From NCBI RefSeq assembly GCF_009914755.1, contig NC_060939.1: a stretch of DNA of 64,000 nt; one strand, written 5' to 3'. Positions 51,613 to 64,000 of this stretch are shown piece by piece. The notes under the pieces are model-generated. The model saw nothing but the letters and a program-made list of their open reading frames with translations. It was not told the origin of the DNA and ran no database searches. The DNA is from the human T2T-CHM13v2.0 reference genome, Homo sapiens. How positions within the stretch are numbered: the stretch's first letter is position 1; each line of letters begins with the position of its first letter. Both the position numbers and the translations under genes were made by a program.

Positions 51613-54600
51613 GCCGGAATTCTGCCTGTAGTTTCACTCTCCCACATATTAAATGGTCCACTAGACTACAAAGGCAGCAAAAGGGATCTTTTACCCGGGT
51701 TATGGCATCACCCCGCTCACCATCAGAAAGACTCTCTCTAGTCTCTGGAAACAACAAGGCATGAAACAGTAGATCCACTCCTATCAAGTAGCAATAAAAT
51801 ACCTAATCAATAAATTAATTTAAACCACCCCTCCCTTGAAAAATAAAGAACAACATAAATAGAATGGGAAGGAATTGCTTAATGACATTAATTGCACTCC
51901 TGCAATTTCATGGCCAATTCATTCATGTTAGAAAGTGGAGCAGATAATTCTCTAACCAAATGTCCAATATTATTATGAAATTCTTATAAATCTACTCAGC
52001 AGTTAATTTAAAATTAGATTAGAATGGGATCATGAAGCCTGACTAGGCCGAGGGGAAAGGTAACCTAGGTGACCTTTTACAGAGGCAAAAATCTACCCAG
52101 GTATGAAAGTTGATTAACCAAAGGGAGTGCACACACCCTGCCTAAAAAGCGTGTGGACTGCAGAAGGGAGGGGCAGCTGCATCTACGGATAGACCCATGA
52201 TGGGGGCTCCCTCTGCAGCTCTGTTGGGGCTTCACATCAGACAATGTGCTCGGTCTTCTTGATGATGCCTTCTACAAATGAACAAAAGCTACATTCCAGG
52301 ATTCCAAATGCTGAGGTGTGGCTTACGTAATCAAATGTGAGCCAGGTGTTAGAGACTTCATCCATTCAGCTGACTCTGTTCCTGTGCTATCTCCTACAGA
52401 AAAGGCAGCCTCCTCGCCAGCTTCCACCAGAAATCCAACAATCCCAGACCTATTGTGATTGTTCGTGTTACTGAAGGTCTGCAGAGCCATGGCGGGGGAG
52501 TTCCCATCAGAGAGTCTCTTTCCATGTCTCTGTGCCTAGCAGCTCCATCTCTGGTCTTTCTTGTCTCTCTTCATCTACAGAGAAACCTCATCTTGAAATC
52601 TGGATACCCAAGGACTTCACTCTATCCTACAACGAACTCATCAGACAAGTTTCTCATCAAAAGAACCCCACCACCACTACTAGAAAAGAAGTTACTTCAG
52701 CGGTTAAGAAGACACTATTCTCTCTAAATCATTTCCTTCTTATTTATTTATTTATTGCCTTTCCTATCTCCCTCCAGAAAGGATCTGAAGAAACTTACAG
52801 CAAAGGAGTGATGTGCCATAATTCAGCTATGAGGAAGGGAGGGAGAAAATACCCTGACCCCATGATGATTAGAACTGTTGAGATTCCATATGAACTCCAG
52901 CCAGGAGCTCCAGGTAGCCACAACAGAACGGAAAGCACTATTCTGGAATAGCTATTTATTTCATATTGTCATAATGATAAAACATCCTGATACCCCAGAG
53001 GAGAAAACTTCAGGGCAGCTTTCAAAGCATCAACTTGGAAGGCCAAATTATTGGATAAGAAGTCCCATTTTGTCTCGTTCATAGCCATGTGACTTCAGAC
53101 AGTTTTCCATTTTCTTTATTATTGACTTAAGGAAAGAACAGATATCGGACTGGGAGTCAAGAATTACTGGTGTGATGATGAACTCTGAGTCCAATGGCAA
53201 ACAGCTTCACCTTTCCAGTGAAACAGGAGGCAAGAACCAAACACAGAGCTTTCCATCTCCAATGTCATATGGTTTTTAAGATAAGTATCATTGGTTTTCA
53301 AAGAGTACTACACATGGTTAAACTCCTTTCTATGTGGAGAGACAGGACTAACACCCCTTATAAATTAACTCCCAAGCTTATATAGTATCTTCAACAGCCT
53401 GTGGTTCTGTGTAACAATAAGCCACACATGACAAGGGGTGTTCCACCATATTTCTTAGAAGTAGAAGAAATACACAATCAGAAAACCATACGCGAAGCAT
53501 TTATTGGCCTCCTTCAGTTAATCCTCTTTGGGCTTATAAAGCTCTACATCAATTGCCATTCTTTAAAATACAGTGTACAGTTTAAAAATAAGCACTGTAG
53601 AGCCATCATTTGCACACACATGAACATTCACAAATAATATGTACATACAAACAGACAGTCTCATACATTTGGTCTATATTTAATGACCTTGTTCAGCCCT
53701 CCCTATGCTAACACTAGTATGTATAACAATCTTAATTTAAACCCATACTCAAAAGATAACATTCCTAATGAAACACAATTTCAAATTGGAGTTAAATCTG
53801 TCTCCTAGACCAAAATATACAAAAAGGCTCTTGCTTATATTTTTAAACTTCATGTGACTTATTTAAAGATTCAAGGTTTTCGCTGAAATGAGGCATAGAT
53901 GACTAAACTCATTTCGGCTAAGTAGTAACTCAGGCAGAATTCTACCTGTGGATTTGGATTAATACTCCTCATCAAAACATATGGAAAGCAGTTTGACCAG
54001 GGGAAACTATACTTTTCTCTTGTTCTGTTTAAGGCAATGGTCTGAAAAAAAAATGTGCTGGGAGGAAAATTGCCATTTCTCTACTTATCAGTGGGCATTT
54101 GTAATCATTACATTGTGTCAGCTGCCCTTTGGTGCTTTCATTTTTTAAATTAATTTAAATAGAACTATGCATATCTGCAGAGCTTTTAAATTATTAGAAG
54201 GCAAAGACTTACCTTACCAAGAAAGAGAATACAGGTGTTGGAACTTCATGGATTACCTGACGCAAGATAGCAAGTAAGTTGCACACATGCTGTAATTCCT
54301 ACCCATCATCCAGAGCAGACATCACCAATAGATCATGAATAGCACTCTTTTACTCTATGCCCAATGTAGCCTTAGATTTCTTTTCATTGCTACCAATTGA
54401 TAGTACATGAGATGAAAGCTTTTTGTATTCTGTGATGTCATCCAAGCCTGATGTTATGAGAAAGACACCAAACAAACTCCAAGTTGGGTAAGATACACAG
54501 TAGTTAGGCAATAGAGCCAGGCCTACACCCTGAACTCTAAGCTCTAAATACAGTGCTCTTCCACTAGACATTAAGCGCAATGTTGTACACTTAATATGTA

Positions 54601-55674
54601 ATCCTAAATAGGCTGAGTGAATAGATGAAACTTTCCCCTTTGTTCTTCAGTACCTTCTCCTTTTCTTTTGGAAAGATATGTCTAGAACAAAGCTCCTAAT
54701 CATTATTAAGTCATAATTTTTGGGTACCAAATGAAGCTTACTAGGCAAATAAGAAATACTGCAACTCATCCATCTGTTCAAAATACTGGAGTGTCCCATT
54801 ATAAATCATCTCATGATATCAATCTAAATATCCTGCATGTTAAATCCCACAGGATAAGAACTGCACACCTCTGATTTTGCTACTATTGATCTGTGACACC
54901 TTGAACTGAATATTCCCTTCTCTGGCCACCATTGTCTTTACCTGTAAAACGAAAAGTTTCAAAGATCTGACCTCTAATATACTTTTTGAATACGAAGCTT
55001 ATCAAGCATGTACTTTAAATTCAGCAGCTATTTATTAAATGTCTCCTGGAAGCAGAGCACTATGACAAATGCAAGGCAAAGCCAATGGAAAAAAAACCTA
55101 AATTCTGGATTCTGCCCTCCCTCTAGTTCCTGCATTCACTATTAGCACATGGTTTGTCTTGCCACTCGCCAGGCCCATATCACAAAGAGGGCCCACTGTG
55201 CTCTAGAGTTGTGGAAAATCGTTGTTCCCCTTTCTCCATGAAGCTGTCAGTCAGAGTAGTTTGGGAAAAATTCCAGTGCGATTTCATTCTCCGCAGCTCA
55301 ATAGCTTCTCTATATGCAAACTAAAAACAAAAAACAAACAAATACAAATTCCACCAAATATCCTGGTGGAGAATCATAAACCCGGAAAGGCAGTGGCAGG
55401 AAAGCAAATGTTATAAACACATATTTTAAATGAACGTTTTTCTGAAGTCAACACCTAAAACTCACATTCTCTTAAAGCTTCCCCAACTCCTAAACTGGAG
55501 AAATAGTTGAGTTCCTGCCCAGCTATCAGTGAAAAGAAGCTACTAGAAGGAAGTGGAATAAGCAAGCAGTCCCGAGGAATATGAAAAAACATGCCCATTC
55601 ACTGTGAGGAAAAGAGTCATTACAGATCTAATAGATGTTTCCTTCCAAATCAAACATGTTTATGAGCAAAAGTA

Positions 55675-55790
55675 ATATTTATAGTTAAATATCATATATT
55701 TATATTTAAATGTTACATAATCATATATATTATAAAATATTATATGTAAATATTATATTGTTAAATATAGTTCAAATCTAGAAAAAATAT
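55675..55790. repeat. AT-rich low-complexity (TA-like) tract
   Basis: ATATCATATATTTATATTTAAAT...TATATATTATAAAATATTATATG. Confidence 0.8.
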
Positions 55791-55803
55791 TCTATTGTGT
55801 TTC

Positions 55804-56520
55804 ACTTATTCATTCAACAAATATGTACTAAATCCTTTTGTGTGCTAAGTACCATTCTAGGTGCCGGGGCATTTAGTGAACAAGAGATCTTTCTGCCCTT
55901 ATAGAGCTCACATTTATATAAAAATGAAGCCTGGAAAGCAACTTTTTAGGACATCTCTCTAAGCATCCATCCATCCACAGACTCAAAGATATTTATTAGG
56001 TAACTACATCATGCCAGGCTTTAGGTTAAGCTGGGAGAAAATCAAGAACCTAAGATGCAAGCACTTGTAGATAAATAAGCAACTCCCTACAGAATAATGC
56101 AGGTCTGGACAAAGCACTGTGGACAGGCTGCTACTCCTTTAAATGTAGCTCACTGAAGAGCTACTTTCATGGAGGTACGGACAAAGCATTGTGGACAGAG
56201 GGGTGATCAATGTTCTTCACATTTTAGAGGAAGACAAGTCACAATTGAACTGGCCTTTGAAGGGTGGGTAGGTGTGTACCAGGTCAACTAAGGGGGAAAA
56301 GGTGTCCTGATTGATAATCCTATCAGAAAAAAAGTCACGAGAGTACACAGAGGGTTGGACATCCGCAAGAAGCCCTGGAGCCTGCAGCACTAGGTAGGGA
56401 TTGGAAGGAGAGGATTCCGGAAAGGCAGGTTGGAGCCCCAAGGAGCTGGTCTCAATGTCATGTCCAGGAGTTCGCCCTTAACCTGCAGGAATGGCAAGAT
56501 GAACCCATTTTTAGTAAATA
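55804..56520 (-). mobile_element. L2 3' fragments (two tails)
   Basis: ATTCATTCAACAAATATGTACT...GTGAACAAGA...CTGCCCTTATAGAGCTCACATT; second tail ATATTTATTAGG...ATGCCAGGC; TGAACTGGCCTTTGAAGG. Confidence 0.7.
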
Positions 56521-58225
56521 TCTGGTTCAATTAAGGCTACACCATGTATACCTAAGCGGGGTGGGATGGTTTATCCCTCAATGTTTTGATTCTCCTCCAA
56601 CTCCAAAACCAGTGAGGGAAATTTTACTAATTATTACTAAGAAAGGACATGGGAGTGTGAATGGCACAGGCTGGACAGAGCCCAACACATTCAGAGAGAG
56701 AGAATTTTCTTCCTTTCAACAGCTGCATCCAGTGAGCAGCTGCTAACCCACTCATAGTGCCAGAGAGACTCAGTGGGTCTGATGGCTGTTAACGGGCTTT
56801 ATTACCTTGTTGAGTACCTCAAACTCCAGTTACTAATTACAGGGCATCGACTTGAATGTTTGGCTATATAATTTTTGTTAATTGATTTGCATGAGGGGAT
56901 TTGGGCATGATCAGCTGTAAATGTTCTTCCGGCTCTAAAACTCCATGACTCTTCTCTATTGCTACATGCATCAATAATGACCTTGTGTATTTTGGATTGT
57001 GGGTTTCATGCACAATTGCTAAGAACCCTTCAATTGCTAAGAACCCTCAGGAGCAAAGTTGTTATGCAAGGGCACACAATGACATGGAGGCCCAGGCCGG
57101 AACAGGACGCAGCCATTATCATTCATGCTAGCTAGCATTTATTGATCTCCTATCAAGAAACAGATTTGGTAAGGCCAAGCCACTTCTAGCCATTTAGACA
57201 CCTTGCCTGCAGTGGGCTCACACAGCTTATAGACACGAAGCAGGTGGTTCTGCTTGATTAGTGAATCTCAAACCCTTATATCCTGCACTTCCTAGCCAAA
57301 TCCTTTCTATATTTCTCCTTCACTTTCCAATACCAGGTCTTTAACTCACCCCTTTTCTCATGCCCAGTTCACCCTTTAACCTCCCCAAATCCACATCTCA
57401 TTTTGAAGGCATTCCTCCCCACCAACAACATTACTCTTTGGGGTCTTTGACTGACATTCTTTTTCTTGGCATTTCCTATTTGTGGGATGAAAAGGGGTAC
57501 AAAAGTAAAGGCCAAGATAGGAAGGACCCACAGGTAGGCTGATTCAATATTTACATACCAGACTTCCCTGAGACCATCAGCGAACTGCTGGTAGACCAAG
57601 CAGTTCACACTAACTCTCAGAGCCATAAGCCTTTCTAATGCCCTGGCTTTCAAGGTGAAAAATACAATTACTAAGAACTGTGAGCCACAGCACTCCATTA
57701 CCAACTGAGCTTCCGGGCAAGAGATCCTTGGAAAAATCTCTGTAGTGGAAACAAGTGATTCTCAGTCACAGACAGGTCACAGATCTACGTGACCTGTCAT
57801 CCAGATGGGTCATGAGCCATTTGTTGCTAAGAGTAGTACAAATTTTAAAGTTTCAAAATAATTAAACTTTACTTCGTAAATTACAGGAGATTCAAGGTTA
57901 TCATACAGTCAAGTCCCTCTCCCAGCCCTGCATTCTGGTATGTTTCATCAAGTGGGAAGGAAAATGGTGGTCTTAGAGCTAGGGTACCCATTGTGTCTTT
58001 GCCTCAGTGTGAGTGTGTGTTCCACATGGAAATGTTATTAGGGCAGTTGTGGCAAAAAATACACACTGACACCGTCGGCTGGCTCAAGAATAGAGAGTGG
58101 GCTGAGAAATGGGAAAAACAATGGTTCTGCCTCTCGCATTGTGAAAGGGAGGTCACCCGGGCAAGGAGTATTTCTTTGGGCACAGATGCAGAGATTATCA
58201 CGTTCCCGGATCCAGATGTTCGAAG

Positions 58226-58500
58226 AAAGTTACAGTTAGACAGGACAAATACATTGTGGAGTTCTAATATACAGTATGGTGACTGTAGTGAATAACAATG
58301 TGACTGGCACTTGGTATATTTCAAGACAGCAAGAAGATTTTAAATGTTGTCACCACAAAGAAATGACAAATGTTTAAGGTGATGGACATGGTAATTATCC
58401 CAGCTTGATCATTATACAATGTATACATGCATTAAAACATCACACTGTGTCCCGTAAATATGTACATTATGTGTCACCTATTAAAAATTAATTTAAAAAG
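58226..58500 (+). mobile_element. L1MA (MA5-7-like) 3' end
   Basis: AAAGTTACAGTTAGACAGGA...GTATGGTGACTGTAGTGAATAACAAT...CACCACAAAGAAATGACAAATGTTTAAGGTGATGGA...GATCATTATACA. Confidence 0.9.
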
Positions 58501-60509
58501 ATGAATATCAGCATGTTACTTCAAAAATAATTAAAAATAAAATTCCATTAACCTTCAAATAAATACTAAATAAATAAATTTAAGGTGATTTTCTATAGCT
58601 AAAGAAAAGATAGAAGAAATACATCTTCAGGCATATAAATCTTAAATCTTGAAACTAGCCAAATCCAACTCAAGAGAAAGCACCAGAGGGGTTTATATTT
58701 TGAGAAGGAAAAAACAGTGTGAGGAAAACAGAAGGTTAATGAACAAAGCTAGAAGAGTTGCCCGGTTTTCCCTTTTTAAATACGCCCTAGCTGTTTGGGG
58801 AGTTGTGGCCGCAGCCATGGGAAGATCTTTGGAAGATTCCTTGGGCTATCAGGCAACAGAGACCGATCAATGGGAAAGATTAAGCAAAATAATACACTTG
58901 TCTATGATGCCTGACAAATTCTGTCTCATCTTCAGCTGTGAGGGGAAAAAAAATAATAGTTTCCTCCAATAACATTAATTACCCAACCACAGAAGAAACT
59001 TGACAAAGGCTGATGATGTGTTTACAAACAGCAAAGCTGGTGAATCACCAGGCCCAGATCCAAGGATTCAGATACCTCAGAACCACAGCTTTCTCCTTGC
59101 CACACTCCAGGTGGAAGGAGACCCCGCGTTTCAACCCAGCCAAGGCAGGAATGCACACACGGGCACTCTGGACTTTGTGTTCTGGAAAACGGGATTATAC
59201 AGAGAAGACACCGTTGACGTCTCAGAACCCAACAGGCTGGGTGTTAATCCAGCTGTAACCATTCACTCTCCTTGCACATGACTTTTCTGGAAGATAGTCC
59301 CTGAAATTTTGCAGAAGAAAAAAAAAATCTCATGATCTGCTCAAAAGCCAAAGGACTGTTCCTACTCTTTACTGGGTGAGAAGCCAGTTCCTTGTCACTT
59401 CTCTTTCTTTTTTTTAAGAGCATAAAGCAGAGGAAAAGAGAGGAAAACAAGGGGGGAAAAGTTTGAAGATATGTATTAAGATATGTTAAAATCTGTTCCT
59501 GTTGCCATTTTAGTATGATTCTAGATTTTTTGTTTGTGTTATAATTTTTGCAAATGGTCCAATAGTGTGGAAAAGGAGGCTGCCTGAGATAGTCGGTTCC
59601 TTGAGTTGTTTCTTTTAATCAGAAAAGAAGAAACAAGCAGTTTCCTTTCTGCCCCCACAGGCCGGCACCCCTACAGTACATGAGTCATAAAATAGCTCCT
59701 GGAAGAGCCAGTTCCATCAAGTCTTCTCAGCAACTCTCCATTACCTTCCCCAGAGACCTGGAGAGATGGCGCCAGAGAACAGCCCAGCAGGAATCTGTGG
59801 GAGTGAAAAGCAAACAGGAAGCCTGAGACCCTAGGAGGTAGAAGCACTCTGAGAAGGAGGAAAGTTCTGGAAGCTACAGCATTATAAGAGCCATCCTTTA
59901 GGGTATAAAGATGAAATACAGCAAAGGCTTGGAAACAGAAAGACCCTTAAAACTTGACGTCTTCTCCAGACTCCCCCATGTTATAAGAGATGTTAAATCT
60001 GAGGTGAAAAGAGGTTAATAAATTTGTCAAAGTCACACTTTTATAACTTAGTACTGGCCCATATCAAGGATTTGCTTTTTCAAAGGATTTTCCAGGTTGC
60101 AAAATATGGCCAGTGCAGATTCAGCCCAATACCATCTATCTTTTGTAATGAATGGTGAGAAGGATGTTCATCTTGAAGAACCTGGGTACTGCCAGAGCCT
60201 CCAGTTCCTTCTAAATCAGCCAAACAATAGTTTGATCAACATATTTTCAAGGTAGAGTATAATTTATCCTTTTCCAAGCTTCAGAAAACCAAACAACCCT
60301 GCATGGTACATGTAGTAAATCTGAAACAGAATATTTAATTAAGGTAGCACACGGCACATGGTAGGTACTTAGTAAATGTTCGCAGGATGAAAAAAGAATG
60401 ACCAAAACCAAGTATTTTGACCAAGTGAGAATAGATTATATCCTCTGAACCATTAAGTTTTGACACCTCTTAGGGAAATAAAAATAGCCCTTTTGGCATA
60501 AATGTAGGC

Positions 60510-60715
60510 AACATCATGAATATTGAAAGGAACTTTCAATCCAGAGACCTCTGTGTTGGGCATGACACCCAACTAGCTGTGTGATGGTAGGGAGGTAGGT
60601 TAACTCTTCTGAGTTTCAGCTAAACATAAAATGTTAAAAAATACCTTTTAAAGTTAATGGGTTATTTGTGTAAACTAAGTGATATAGTGAATATGAAACT
60701 ACATTTATAAAGTTT
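60510..60715 (+). mobile_element. MIR (decayed)
   Basis: AACTAGCTGTGTGA...TTAACTCTTCTGAGTTTCAG...TAAAATG. Confidence 0.6.
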
Positions 60716-61784
60716 AAAATACTGGACTCAGCTAGGTATTTGCACTACACAGATACAATATATTTGATCCTCACAGCCGTTTGTACCCAGCTTACTTACC
60801 CCATTGTTCTCCAGGAGCCAAGATTTAAGGGACAGCCCTCCTCACCATGTGCTGGCACAACGAAAGGCACTGGGCACACACAGATAAGACAAAGAAAAAA
60901 ATCTTTGCGATTGATTTTAAGCAGCTCTCTCCCATTAGTGTATATGTTTTAAAGGAATCTGATTCTCTTTACATCTAGCTGAGTGACTGGCCCTAGTTTC
61001 GTGACTGCCACACAGTAGGCTGTTATTAAATGACTGTTAAATAAATCGATAAATAAATGTGTTCATGGTGGAAGGAATGAAAACAAACCCAGCATTGGGA
61101 TAATCGCCCCATCCCTCAGACCCAGATTAGTAAAATTCCATAATATGCAAAGCTGAAGAGAGCAACAGAGTCGGGCCTCTGAGGTATGTGTATGTTCCTC
61201 AGCTGGAGCCAAATCCCAGACCCTGGAGAGCATGGAAAGCCACAGTTCAATTCATGAGAGGACGTGCCAAAGCCCAACCCCAGCTGCACACTGACTTGTC
61301 GGAAAACTTACCAAATTCCCTTTCAGAAGGGTTTGCTGTGACCACTATCCCAAATGGAGTGTTGGTCACATGTCAGACTTGGACGCCAAGTCCTTGTCCA
61401 CAGAGTGTGGGATGAGCAATTCCATCCTGACAGATGTGATCCCTGGAGTGCTCGAAGTGACAGTGTGGAGTTTTCCACTCCTCCAGACAGCGGGCAAATA
61501 TGTGCTGATCTGACTTGGCTTAAACGAAGACCTGACAGCCTTCTCCTCTCTGGAAGCGTCATCTCAACTGGAGATCAGCCAGGATGTCTTTGCAAGTTGT
61601 GGGTTCTCAACTTTCTAGAACTGGCGGGGGCTGGGAAATCTGCAGCATTAATTGGATATGAACTTTTCATTCCTCCTCCAAGCTGGCTAATGTTGGTCAA
61701 AGGCATATGATGTTTAACCTATTTTATGTCTAAATGGCTACATAGCTCATTACTTCCTAGGTGGCTGCCAACCTTTGCCTTTAT

Positions 61785-61950
61785 TGAATAAACAATTTTT
61801 GAGCACTTGCTATATGCCACCCACTCTTCTAGATTCTTTACAAGTGTCCACTTATTTACTGCTCATCCGCACCCCCGAGGTAAGTACTATTATTTCCCTC
61901 AGTTCGCAGATGTGGTAATAGAGACCCAAAGAGGCTCAGAAACTGTTCCT
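61785..61950 (-). mobile_element. MIR
   Basis: TTGAGCACTTGCTATATGCCA...GAGGTAAGTACTATTATTTCC...CAGATGTGGTAATAGAGACCCAAAGAGG. Confidence 0.78.
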
Positions 61951-62639
61951 GGTCTGGATTGTTGCGGGAGCTGTCGTGTCAGCTGAAACAATATTTGATG
62001 AAAGACTGTGCACTTTGGAGAATAAAATGGCTCTGTTCCTCTTCAGGAGTGAGTCATTCTGAAGCACGTTCTATGGCATTTAAAGGATGAAGGCAAGGAT
62101 GAAGTGGGGAGGTCCGCAAGGAAAAGTACATTGGGAATATTGCATTCACATCTGCACCTTTAACCAAGGACAGAGGATATCAAGGGAAGTACACATTCAT
62201 GATGTGGTAGGATCTTTTCTCAGATTCAATCTTAGTCATTTTACGACTAGACCTCAATAAATCGCAAGCATGGTGTAACATATATAAATATACAGCTAGA
62301 CATAGGTAGATATAAATAGATAGACATAACTAGACAAATCAGACTCTGATTTAAGAACAACTTCCTACCCTTTGTTAACTGGAAAATAATCAGCTCTCAT
62401 AGATCCTCCTACACAGAATGAAAGGGGGTTACTTAGCCTATATCAAGAGTCCCATTTATCAGCCTTTTTGAAGGAAATGTCACACCCCTTCGAGACACAT
62501 CTCTCCCTATAAAGAAGCAGCTTTGCCTTTCCTATTTACCCATCTACCCTTGCTGAACATCATTAAAACATTAAGCCATCATTTAACCTGAGAGATAAAA
62601 TTTAACCCTGAAAATGTACTTCCAATTTTTTTTACTTAC

Positions 62640-62793
62640 CAGCTTGTCACCCACAGCTAATCCCTTTCTTCCATCAGAAACCCTTGTCAAAAACTGATGG
62701 TTATTGCATGCTAATTTCACCACAAATACCTGATCTGAATTCTAAGTAATTAGCAAATCAGGTAACCTGTGAGATGCTGATCTTTTTTTATAA
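62640..62793 (-). other. Candidate minus-strand exon (154 nt, or 127 nt with the acceptor at 62767)
   Basis: CTTTTTTGTAG| acceptor and CTG|GTAAGT donor. Confidence 0.2.
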
Positions 62794-63214
62794 CTACAAA
62801 AAAGCTTGTCACGGAGGATATTTTAGTTCAAGAACATTTCCAATCAGGAAACCTAACATCGTGTTCCAAAATACCACACTGTATTGCATTCATACATTTA
62901 GGTGACATATTGACTGTGGATAATAATGTACCTTTGCGGCAATCACACTGCATTTTGAATGTGCAATGGCAACGAGGTGTGCATTATGTATGTTTTACCA
63001 GTTTGGGCAGCTGCCCATAAATAGGGATTAGCTATTACCAAATTCATTTTGTGAGGTTCAGTTTCCTATTGTGAATGAAAAGCATTTGTTTGCTCAACTA
63101 GAAATATGTATGTGTACTGAGAATTTTCATTTTGTGAGGATCTGAAGATGGGTACACTCAGATGATAAAAGAAAATTCCCACATAGTTCTGAAAATCAAA
63201 CGATTGGGTAGTGG

Positions 63215-63375
63215 ACCCTGGGATAGAAGATGACTCATTCCAGTTCCTTCTCTGCGATCACCAGGTGTGTGACCTCAGTTTCCTTACCTATAAAACAGGA
63301 ATGCAAATAAACACCTACATCAAAAGGTTGTTGAGAAGAATAAAAGAAATGATGTGACAATGTTATACAAACTTA
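63215..63375 (+). mobile_element. MIR
   Basis: GTGTGACCTCAGTTTCCTTACCTATAAAACAGG...ACCTACATCAAAAGGTTGTTGAGAAGAATAAA. Confidence 0.8.
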
Positions 63376-64000
63376 AATCAACACTCCACATAAGCTCTCA
63401 TGTTCCTGGCACGAAGCACTAATCCAAGAACTGACAGGACCTACTTCAAACAAACAAAAAATAACAGCAAAGTTGCATAAACCTGCTTCCATTACTGATG
63501 CTCATAAAGCGGTTCCCTGTTTATAGATACTAGCTTATTAGGTCTATAGCCTACAGTAGTATACGTAAAGTAACTACGAGGTGAGAAGGATAACTTTTTT
63601 ATAATTTACAAGTTCATGTTACATTACACATTTTCACAGCATTGCTGTTTTAATGTTGAACCACATTTCACACTATAGCTATCTTATTGAGCTTTAATAT
63701 TCAGTAAATATGTTTATTCTTATTAGAATTTCAAACAAATATAAAAATCTCTCGAAAAACAGAATTCTGCAAATGTTAAGCATGAAACAACGGCGAAGAA
63801 GGGGACTTTGCTGAGAATGCCATGAGAACCTGATGCTTGCCCATAGCTGGTGCTCAGTGCCTGCTTGATGAAGAAATGGATGAGTGAATAAACTATAGAG
63901 GTGATAAGAAACATAGTGGCAAGTGGAGAATTTCAGAACTGCATGCTATTTTAGAGCTATCATAATTGATCACAGAAAAGATGGAGAATTCTCTGGGAAA

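Noticed and set aside
57013-57047. Small tandem duplications (18-bp period here; also 5443, 32397, 36320)
   Set aside because: Ordinary slippage products

Overview
Mammalian, almost certainly human or great-ape, genomic DNA. It carries AluJ/S/Y, THE1, MIR, L2, L1M, MER5/MER58/Tigger3 and LTR16 elements, is CpG-depleted and has no CpG island. I can support no protein-coding exon, tRNA, rRNA or CRISPR array; the ORF track is explained by repeats and chance ORFs. The window reads as the interior of a large intron or lncRNA locus, more likely transcribed on the minus strand (5 of 6 L1 fragments are on +, and the best paired splice sites are on -). I cannot name the host gene. I found no clearly new biological system. 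The best leads are unusual minus-strand splicing architectures: a 14-nt microexon candidate with CA repeats downstream, a 3'ss-G-5'ss 'one-nucleotide exon' or recursive-like site, a similar AG|GT site 13 kb away, and a 177-nt non-coding exon candidate with UG repeats downstream. Other leads are a hairpin insert between 20-bp direct repeats, several perfect palindromes, a tight inverted-Alu cluster, a GGAA tract born inside an Alu TSD, and several enhancer-like motif clusters. Repeat subfamily calls come from remembered consensus sequences, and the boundaries of old repeats are approximate.
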